Assembly (NCBI GenBank): GCA_034722055.1
Contig: JAYENL010000059.1
Coordinates: forward strand, 21,110-46,303
From: Armatimonadota bacterium
Lineage (GTDB): Bacteria; Armatimonadota; Zipacnadia; Zipacnadales; UBA5352
Direction of reading: 5' to 3'
Length of the DNA: 25,194 nucleotides
This document shows positions 18,675-25,194 of the stretch, in pieces. The stretch's first letter is position 1. Each line of letters opens with the position of its first letter. Under the pieces are notes generated by a model, which made no database searches, had not been told where the DNA came from, and saw only the letters and a list, made by a program, of their open reading frames with translations. The translations under genes were made by a program, and so were the position numbers.

Positions 18675-19954
18675 GGAGCCGCCCTCTCCCGCTCCGCAAG
18701 CCGGCTGGCGCGGATGGAGCAGAACCGCCCGCACATCGAACAGGCGGGGTCATCCACCGACGGCCTGTCGCCGCGCTTGACCCGGAATCGCCCGGGGTCC
18801 AGCGCCAGGTCCTCCATGGTCGCCCAGTCCAGCGCGCGGCGTGCCCGGGACATCTCGTCGTCCCACTCCTGCGCGCCGGGGACGCCCTTGACGAGGTCGG
18901 CCGCGTGTGCGGCGATGCGCGATGCCATCACGCCCTCGATGACGTCCTCGACAGTGGGCAGCCCGATGTGCTCGGCGGGAGTAACGTAACACAGGTAGTC
19001 GGCGCCGGCCGCCGCGCAGATGGCGCCGCCGATGGCTCCGGTGATGTGATCGTAGCCGGGCGCAGCGTCGGTGACCAGCGGTCCCAGCACGTAGAAGGGC
19101 GCATCGTGGCAGAGGCGCTTCTCGAGGATCACGTTGGCCTCGATCTCGTCCAGAGGCACGTGCCCTGGCCCCTCCACGAAGGCCTGCACGCCCGCCTCGC
19201 GGGCCCGCAGGACCAGCTCGCCGAGCACGCGCGTCTCGGCCACCTGTCCGGCGTCCGTGGCATCGGCCAGGGCGCCGGGCCGGAGCCCGTCGCCGAGGCT
19301 GATGGCCACCCCGTAGCGGCGGAGGATGTCCAGAACGTCATCATAGCGCTCGTACAGCGGGTTCTCGGCGTCGTTCTCGCGCATCCACGCCGCCATCAGG
19401 CTGCCGCCGCGGCTGACAATCCCTCCCACGCGGGCCTGGGTCTTGAGCGCGGCCACGGTCTCGCGCGTCACGCCGCAGTGCAGCGTCTGGAAATCGACGC
19501 CGTCGGCCGCCTGCCGCTCGATGACCTCCAGGACAGTGTCCGGGTGCATTCGCAGCATGTCGCCGTGGCGCTCATCGGCCTCGGCGAAGGCCTGATAGAG
19601 GGGAACGGTGCCCATCACGACAGGGCACTCGGCTCGGATGGCCTGGCGGTCCTCGTCGAGGTCGCCGCCGGTGGACAGGTCCATGACGGTGTCGGCGCCG
19701 GAGGCCACCGCGGCCTCGAGCTTCTCCACCTCCCCCTCCACGTCAGGATAGTCGGGGGAGGTGCCGATGTTGGCGTTGATCTTGGTGCGCAGGCCCTTGC
19801 CGATGCCCAGCGGCTTGACGCCGTCGCCGCCCATGGCGACCACCGTGCCGGCCGCCACGCGCTCTCGGAGGTCATCGGCGTCAGTCTTCTCGTCCTGCGC
19901 GATCTGTGTCAGAACCTCGTCAGCGATACGTAAGCCCGTCATCTGCGGGCCCAT
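18671..19954 (-). CDS. thiC: Phosphomethylpyrimidine synthase ThiC family (radical SAM)
   Basis: [64 protein letters not shown]-terminal CSMCGRFC. Start placed at ATG 19954 by the GGAG RBS (19942 is an alternative). BzaA/B/F paralogues are not excluded. Confidence 0.88.
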   Translation of the reverse strand: MGPQMTGLRIADEVLTQIAQDEKTDADDLRERVAAGTVVAMGGDGVKPLGIGKGLRTKINANIGTSPDYPDVEGEVEKLEAAVASGADTVMDLSTGGDLDEDRQAIRAECPVVMGTVPLYQAFAEADERHGDMLRMHPDTVLEVIERQAADGVDFQTLHCGVTRETVAALKTQARVGGIVSRGGSLMAAWMRENDAENPLYERYDDVLDILRRYGVAISLGDGLRPGALADATDAGQVAETRVLGELVLRAREAGVQAFVEGPGHVPLDEIEANVILEKRLCHDAPFYVLGPLVTDAAPGYDHITGAIGGAICAAAGADYLCYVTPAEHIGLPTVEDVIEGVMASRIAAHAADLVKGVPGAQEWDDEMSRARRALDWATMEDLALDPGRFRVKRGDRPSVDDPACSMCGRFCSIRASRLAERERAAP

Positions 19955-19974
19955 CAGGATCGTCTCCAATGCAC

Positions 19975-20122
19975 GCCCTGTTCTCGCTGCGGCTACTGCT
20001 TGCATAACCCCGCGGAGGTCGGGCATCCCTGCCCGACAGAGCCGTTCCCATCGGTTGCGAAACCGCCTGCACTGCTCCTCGCGGGGAAAAGAGAGAGCCC
20101 ACAAAGCGCAGCCCATGGGCTC
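19975..20122 (-). ncRNA. Structured leader or small RNA between a SigA promoter and thiC (family unidentified)
   Basis: Several nested stems and a terminator-like hairpin with G-U pairs that favour the minus strand; see findings. Confidence 0.45.
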
Positions 20123-20128
20123 GGAATC

Positions 20129-20157
20129 ATTATACACGACGCACGCAGCGGCGGCAA
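20129..20157 (-). promoter_or_regulatory. Sigma70/SigA promoter upstream of thiC
   Basis: TTGCCG-N17-TATAAT. Confidence 0.75.
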
Positions 20158-20316
20158 GTTCCCGTGGGCCCATCGGGGGGCCTCGCCGTCATGCGGATCG
20201 TCTTTGCGCGCCACACCCCGGACCAGCGCCAGGGTGTGTATACGCCGGCCCACCCGATCCGCCGAGACCGCCTGCCGCCAATCTCCCCGCGGCCTTCGCG
20301 AAGGACCTTGGGGAGG

Positions 20317-20343
20317 GCAGGAGGAAACGAGAGCGTGGCGAAG
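20317..20343 (+). promoter_or_regulatory. Putative SigH-like promoter GCAGGA-N15-GCGAAG
   Basis: About 24 nt upstream of the ATG at 20367; recurrent motif. Confidence 0.55.
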
Positions 20344-20366
20344 ACAGCAGTTCGGGAGGTGTGGAC

Positions 20367-21470
20367 ATGCGCACACTCGCGATTGGCGTCGCGGCTATCG
20401 TCGTCGCGTCCAGCGCGGCAGCCCAGCAGGTGAAGATAGAGACGTGGCGCGTGCAGGCCACCGGGCCGGTGACGCTGACCATGCAGGCCTCCGGCGAGGT
20501 GGGTGCCGTCTGGGCGCGCGATGCCGCAGGCACGTGGCACCGGCTGGAGGTCGAGCGCCGCGACGGCCGGCTGGCCATGAGCCTGGGGCCCGAGCAGATC
20601 AGCGGCGGCTCGGCGCTCGTGGTCATCGACCCGCCACAGTGGCTGGAGATGGACGACGCCCAGCCGCCGGAGGTGGTGCGCTTCACCGTGGGCGGCCGCA
20701 GCTACGCCGACCAGAGTCAGGCCGCTCTGGGCTGGACGGAGGAGCTGCCGGGGAGGGTGATGCTCGCCGTCCGGGACGAGAAGAACCCGCTCGACCCCGC
20801 CTCCATGACCGTGACCGCGCAGGGCCGCACGCTCCGCCCGGGGGATGCAGGCGTCTCCTTCGCGGCTCACGATGAGCGCAGCGGCACGCTGAAGGTCCTG
20901 CCCCGGGAGATCGAGGGACTGGCGGACTCGATCCGAGGCGCAATCGAGATGGTGGTGGACGACTTCGCCATCGACGATCAGCGGACCCGGCGCTCGGTCT
21001 CCTGGACCCTGGCGCCCTCCATGACTCTGGAGGACGGCACCGTCATCACGGTGGACAGCCTCACCTCCGACGAGGGATGGAGCGACTGGTCGGTCATCGC
21101 CGACGGCGAGATCATGACCGAGGAGGACACCACCACCGCCGGCAAGACCTGGCTCTCGGACGAGCGCGAGGACGCCCACTGGCTGCGCTTCGAGCTTCCC
21201 GAGCCGAGACTCGTCAACGGCGTGGACCTGTGGTGGCCCTACTACCAGGTGTGGCGCACCTCGCGCAGCTACCAGGTGCAGACCCGCCAGGATGGTCGCT
21301 GGGTGACGCAGGTGACCGTCGAGGGCCAGGAGGAGAAGCAGCACTCCGAGCATCGCTTCGAGCCCGTGGAGACCACCGCGGTGCGCATCCTCCAGTCGCC
21401 GATGGGCGGTCAGGCCGAGCGGCAGAATCTCATGTGGCTCGCGGAGGCGCAGGTGTCATTCGCACCGTAG
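20367..21470 (+). CDS. Secreted protein with C-terminal discoidin/F5-8 type C (CBM32-like) domain
   Basis: Real start MRTLAIGVAAIVVASSAAAQ with GGGAGG RBS; C-terminal W.S......HWLRFELPEPRLVNGVDLWW...YQVQ...FEPVETTAVRI...LAEAQV. Confidence 0.78.
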   Translation: MRTLAIGVAAIVVASSAAAQQVKIETWRVQATGPVTLTMQASGEVGAVWARDAAGTWHRLEVERRDGRLAMSLGPEQISGGSALVVIDPPQWLEMDDAQPPEVVRFTVGGRSYADQSQAALGWTEELPGRVMLAVRDEKNPLDPASMTVTAQGRTLRPGDAGVSFAAHDERSGTLKVLPREIEGLADSIRGAIEMVVDDFAIDDQRTRRSVSWTLAPSMTLEDGTVITVDSLTSDEGWSDWSVIADGEIMTEEDTTTAGKTWLSDEREDAHWLRFELPEPRLVNGVDLWWPYYQVWRTSRSYQVQTRQDGRWVTQVTVEGQEEKQHSEHRFEPVETTAVRILQSPMGGQAERQNLMWLAEAQVSFAP

Positions 21471-21659
21471 CCTCCTGCGCCAGCGGTGGAGAGTGGCAGA
21501 AGTTGACGTATTGCCTCGCTGCACGACTTCCTGCGTGTCCCGAGCGTGGAGGGGCCGCCGCGAGCGGGCGAGCTGTGGCGGCGGGAAGAGGCGCGTAGGC
21601 GCCTCCGGTGTGAGGTCGCGAGCGGAGCGAGCGACTGAGACTGCAACGCAGTCTCCACA

Positions 21660-21758
21660 GGTTCCACCCCGGCCCACTTCCCCCGCCTTCGGCCCGAAGG
21701 TGGGCGAGGGCGTCCCCCTCCCAACTCAATGCGTCGTACTCTGGGCCGGGGTGGAACC
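21660..21758. repeat. 17-bp perfect inverted repeat enclosing an inner hairpin
   Basis: GGTTCCACCCCGGCCCA (21660-21676) and TGGGCCGGGGTGGAACC (21742-21758). Confidence 0.8.
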
Positions 21759-21937
21759 CTCGGCCTGTTCGCACCGCTCACAGGCCTCACCGGGCGCTTT
21801 GCGCCCGGCGGCCCCTCCATCTGAATGTGCATCCGCCTGCACAGCGTTCCTGAGTCATCTCCGTTGGAGGTGCATCGAAGCTCGACGGTGAAGCCTCGAT
21901 GGTCGAAGCGAATCAGCGGGCCCGGAGTGATGAGGCC

Positions 21938-24646
21938 ATGCTCGGAAGACGCGCACTGCTCCTCTCTCTTAGCGCAATCGGGGCGATCACCATGGCAGCT
22001 TCCGCCCAGCAGGAGCCGAAGCGCTACCGCCTTCCACCTGACGCGATGCACCACGAGAATGGCTTCTGCTACATCGCCGGCATGGACTTCGGTGAGGAGG
22101 GCGACAAGTTCACCGACAACGGCTCCCAGCTCATGGTCTTCGAGGATGGCGAGAGGCTTGGGCCACCGCACTCTCTGCACAGGGACATCCGCGAGCAGGG
22201 CCAGGGCCGCTACTCTCACTGGACCCGCGAGCATCTCTACTTCTCGGCCTCTGACAACACTGACCCGCGCAGCAACGGCCGCGTCTACGAGGTGGCCTCC
22301 ACGAATCCCCACAGCACGCTCGGGGGCCTGGAGGACCTGCCCTGTACCGAGCGGACGCACGTGGAGGAGATCACGGCCTCGGAGCATGAGTATGAGATCG
22401 AGATGGGCGGCACGCTGGACATGGAGAACACCCTCACCGTGGCCGGCGGCAACTACCGGGTCGCCTTCCAGCCTAACGTGCAGCTCACCATCGAGAACGT
22501 CGGCGACACGCCGATCGTGAATCCCCGGCTGGTGATCAACGAGCGCGGCAACTGGTACACCTTCGAGAGCCTGCTGGAGGAGTTCACGCGGGGGGCGGAG
22601 ACCGATCAGGACCGGGTCTACCTCATCTGGCAAAACATGCGCATGAACCTCTACCACGAGAGCCCGCTGTTCGGCGACCAGGAGCCGCATGACCCGGTGC
22701 GGCTGATGAACATCTTCGGCCTCAACCTCTGCGACGACGCCGGCAACGCCGGCTGCTCGCTGTATCACCACGGCGGCTTTCCCGGCTCCAAGAACCGCGC
22801 GCTGCACGGGCACGTTCAGTGCGAGGCCCTGGTGGACGGCGAGTTCCAGTTCATGGACATCGACATGGACTGCTTCTACCTCGACCGCGAGAATGAGATC
22901 CCCGTCAGCGGCGACGCCATCGCCCGCGACCACGACCTGGCGCGCCGGGAGCTCAACTACGGGCCGGAGGTCGGCAAGTTCACGCCCAGCGATGCTCCTG
23001 CCGCGCTCTTCGGCCCCGATGACGGCGAAGCATTCCCGACCCTCCGCGGCCATGAGATCGCCTACACCCTCCGGCCCGGCGAGCGCGCCGTGTTCCGGTG
23101 GGATGACATCGGCAAGTGGTGCGCCGAGAACGCCGAGCGCTCCCACCGTGCCAAGTACTTCGGCAACTCCAAGTTCGTCTTCGAGCCCCGCCTGACGCTC
23201 GAACGCATCCAGGCCGACGCCGCCTCGCACCAGGAGGTGGCTGCCGCTGACGAGGGCGTGGCCGGCACATCGCCCGACGGGGAGGTCGTCTACCGCATCG
23301 CCGTGCCCTACGCCATCTGCGGCGGCACCGTCAGGGCGGAGCTCGCCGGCGGCCAGGAGGGCGACGCCTTCAGCGTGGAGCTCTCGCTCGATGGCGAGGA
23401 GTTCGCCGAGCTGTGGTCCGCGGAGGGCAATGGCCCCCACCGGGCCGAGGTGGCCCTCGACGAGGCGCTGGATGTGCATAACGAGCCCGCGAAGTACGAG
23501 TACTTCGTGCGCCTGGGGCTGGGCTCGGCCGGAGAGGCGACGGCGGTGGTGCGGGCGCTGGCGATCGAGACCGACGTCATGGCTGCGCCGCAGTCGCTGC
23601 CGCGGCTGGGCCTGGGGACCAACAGGTGCGTCTACAGCGACGAGACCGACGCCGCGCACGCGGTGCGCATCACACACGAGTGGCGGGAGACCGACGCCGT
23701 CACGCCTCTTGAGCCCCCCACCGCCATCCATCCAGCCGACGGTCAGGAGGTCACCGATTCCATAGTGGAGTACTCCTGGGAGCCGGTGGATGATGCGGCA
23801 AGATACCACCTGCAGGTGAGCCGCCGGGCCGACTTCGCATGGCCCTATCGCACCAGCCTCGACGTCATCATCCCACAGGCCACATGGGAGGTGCCCTTCA
23901 CGGGCATCTACAGCCCCGGCGTCACCTACTACTGGCGGCTGCGTACCCGCGACCGATGGGGCGTCTGGGGACCGTGGAGCGAGCCCCGCACCTTCACCTG
24001 GCGGGGGCCCCGAGTGCCTGTGAACGTCCGGCTGGAGTTCGAGGGCCGGACGGGAACGCTGCGCTGGGACTCGAATCCCCACGGCCCGCGGCCGGTCCGC
24101 TACGCCGTCTTCGGCTCCGACGAGAAGGGCTTCACCGCCAACCGTGAGCCGCATGTCTCCTACACGCGGGGCGAGGTGCCTGGCAATCTCGTCGGCGAGA
24201 CCGACCGGACATCCATGGTCGTCATCGGGCCTGACGCCGGGGGGCCGAACACCAACCGCGTCTTCTACCGCGTGGTGGCCATCGACGGGAACGGCACCGA
24301 GAGCGGCAACTCCGACTACGCCGAGGCCCCGCACCCGTTCATCTACTCCGATCCCCCCACCCGGGCTCGCGTTGGTGAAGAGTACCGCTATGAGGTGAAG
24401 AGCCTGCGATCTCTGGGAGACGTCCAGCACCACTACGAGGAGCCGGGAAACCAGTTCTGGGATATCGAGGAGAATGGCTTCTCCATGGCGAATGGTCCTG
24501 CGTGGCTGTCGATGGACGAGAGCACGGGCCTGCTCTCCGGCACGCCCGCTGAGGCAGACGTGGGAACGGCCGCGGTGAGCGTGATCGTCGCGAACCAGTT
24601 CGAGGGTCGCGCCGAGCAGCAGTTTGAGCTGACGGTGGCGCAATAG
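21938..24646 (+). CDS. Secreted multidomain protein: small His-containing N-domain, transglutaminase-like core, FN3-like domains, C-terminal putative Ig (He_PIG-like)
   Basis: Signal MLGRRALLLSLSAIGAITMAASAQ; putative Cys-His-Asp triad (NLCDD, GHVQCE, FMDID); FN3-like WEPVDDAARYHLQVS...YYWRLR...WGPWS; GPAWLSMDESTGLLSGTP. Confidence 0.75.
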   Translation: MLGRRALLLSLSAIGAITMAASAQQEPKRYRLPPDAMHHENGFCYIAGMDFGEEGDKFTDNGSQLMVFEDGERLGPPHSLHRDIREQGQGRYSHWTREHLYFSASDNTDPRSNGRVYEVASTNPHSTLGGLEDLPCTERTHVEEITASEHEYEIEMGGTLDMENTLTVAGGNYRVAFQPNVQLTIENVGDTPIVNPRLVINERGNWYTFESLLEEFTRGAETDQDRVYLIWQNMRMNLYHESPLFGDQEPHDPVRLMNIFGLNLCDDAGNAGCSLYHHGGFPGSKNRALHGHVQCEALVDGEFQFMDIDMDCFYLDRENEIPVSGDAIARDHDLARRELNYGPEVGKFTPSDAPAALFGPDDGEAFPTLRGHEIAYTLRPGERAVFRWDDIGKWCAENAERSHRAKYFGNSKFVFEPRLTLERIQADAASHQEVAAADEGVAGTSPDGEVVYRIAVPYAICGGTVRAELAGGQEGDAFSVELSLDGEEFAELWSAEGNGPHRAEVALDEALDVHNEPAKYEYFVRLGLGSAGEATAVVRALAIETDVMAAPQSLPRLGLGTNRCVYSDETDAAHAVRITHEWRETDAVTPLEPPTAIHPADGQEVTDSIVEYSWEPVDDAARYHLQVSRRADFAWPYRTSLDVIIPQATWEVPFTGIYSPGVTYYWRLRTRDRWGVWGPWSEPRTFTWRGPRVPVNVRLEFEGRTGTLRWDSNPHGPRPVRYAVFGSDEKGFTANREPHVSYTRGEVPGNLVGETDRTSMVVIGPDAGGPNTNRVFYRVVAIDGNGTESGNSDYAEAPHPFIYSDPPTRARVGEEYRYEVKSLRSLGDVQHHYEEPGNQFWDIEENGFSMANGPAWLSMDESTGLLSGTPAEADVGTAAVSVIVANQFEGRAEQQFELTVAQ

Positions 24647-24791
24647 AGGTCCGGCGATCTGCCCGCGCCGGGGACTCTGTCCGAGAGGCTTGCAGGTGGA
24701 ATCGGGCCGCGACGTCGAAATAGCTTGGGGAGAGGCAACAGGACGCCAGAGTGCGTCTTAGCATGCGTCGAAGGAACGGGAGGTCGGGACG

Positions 24792-25046
24792 ATGAGAGGT
24801 CTGGCAGTGCTGGCAGTGCTGGTGGTGCTGGTGCTCGTCCTCATTCCACTGGTGGGCTGTCCGCCCGCGGAGGAAGAGGAGCCTATGATGCCTCCAGCCG
24901 GGCCGGTCGCCGGTGAAGAGCCCCTGCCCGGTGAGGTTGAAGAGCCCCCCGCCGAGGAGGAGGCCCCTGCAGAGGAGGAGGCCCCCGCCGAGGAGGAGGA
25001 GGGCGCTGTCGAGGAGGAGGCTCCAGAGGCCCCCGAGGCCCCATAG
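24792..25046 (+). CDS. Small acidic Glu/Pro/Ala-rich lipoprotein
   Basis: GGGAGG RBS, hydrophobic signal with lipobox LVGC, then EEEAPA repeats. Confidence 0.75.
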   Translation: MRGLAVLAVLVVLVLVLIPLVGCPPAEEEEPMMPPAGPVAGEEPLPGEVEEPPAEEEAPAEEEAPAEEEEGAVEEEAPEAPEAP

Positions 25047-25069
25047 CGGCCTCGCACTGAGGGGATCAG

Positions 25070-25194
25070 ATTGACATAGGTAGGCCCTCACGGGCTGTCC
25101 CTGTCACACCACCGTGCGTACGGGTCCGTACACGGCGGTTCGATCAGATTGAGGCTGCGTCCCTGACGCGCAGTTGTGGCAGGCCCAGTTCGGC
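25070..25194 (-). mobile_element. 3' end of a group II intron, class IIC (domains V and VI), truncated by the window edge
   Basis: Minus strand GAACCGCCGTGTACGGACCCGTACGCACGGTGGTGTGACAGG matches a short IIC-type domain V with CGC triad. Domain VI GACAGCCCGTGAGGGCCTACCTATGTC has a candidate bulged A at 25077 and the intron ends in AAT at 25070. Confidence 0.92.
25144..25194 (-). CDS. ltrA: C-terminal end of intron-encoded reverse transcriptase/maturase (partial)
   Basis: Frame AELGLPQLRVRDAASI* stops 3 nt before domain V; LGL..L is typical of the end of maturase domain X. Only 16 residues are visible. Confidence 0.7.
   Translation of the reverse strand, partial: AELGLPQLRVRDAASI

Noticed and set aside
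19955..20170. TPP or cobalamin riboswitch before thiC
   Set aside because: Diagnostic conserved motifs not found on the minus strand.
276..24643. Long opposite-strand ORFs such as 276-1859, 2207-5557, 6254-7639, 7682-9955, 10899-12332, 12434-14260 and 21410-24643
   Set aside because: Antisense shadows of real genes, expected from high-GC codon bias; no recognisable motifs.
24940..25043. CRISPR-like short repeats
   Set aside because: They are in-frame coding repeats (EEEAPA) without unique spacers; no cas genes or arrays in the window.

Overview
High-GC bacterial chromosomal window of mostly housekeeping genes. The compact Firmicute-like SigA core and short ThiC suggest a Terrabacteria lineage, possibly Armatimonadota (inference only). 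Minus strand, left block: dnaG, rpoD/sigA, tRNA(CAT, probably Ile2), then a 1326-aa SIR2-like/STAND NTPase/HEAT/TPR/PQQ-propeller protein, a TPR lipoprotein and an aspartate aminotransferase (truncated by the window). Plus strand, middle: a 5'-nucleotidase and a secreted triple-repeat protein. Minus strand, second block: thiC-family gene, GT4 glycosyltransferase, PPIase, nadE, rsmI. Plus strand, right: two secreted multidomain proteins and a small acidic lipoprotein. The window ends in the 3' end of a class IIC group II intron. The most striking feature is the primary sigma factor, which carries a 326-aa in-frame insert of extracellular-type Ig-like (Big_5/SbsA-like) domains in circularly permuted order (half, full, full, half), placed exactly inside the G|DEEA motif between regions 1.2 and 2. 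Other leads are a STAND protein whose SIR2 domain has lost its catalytic motifs, a recurring GCAGG-N15-17-CGAA promoter-like motif, and a structured thiC leader that is not a TPP riboswitch. All domain calls come from reading motifs by eye; no searches were run.
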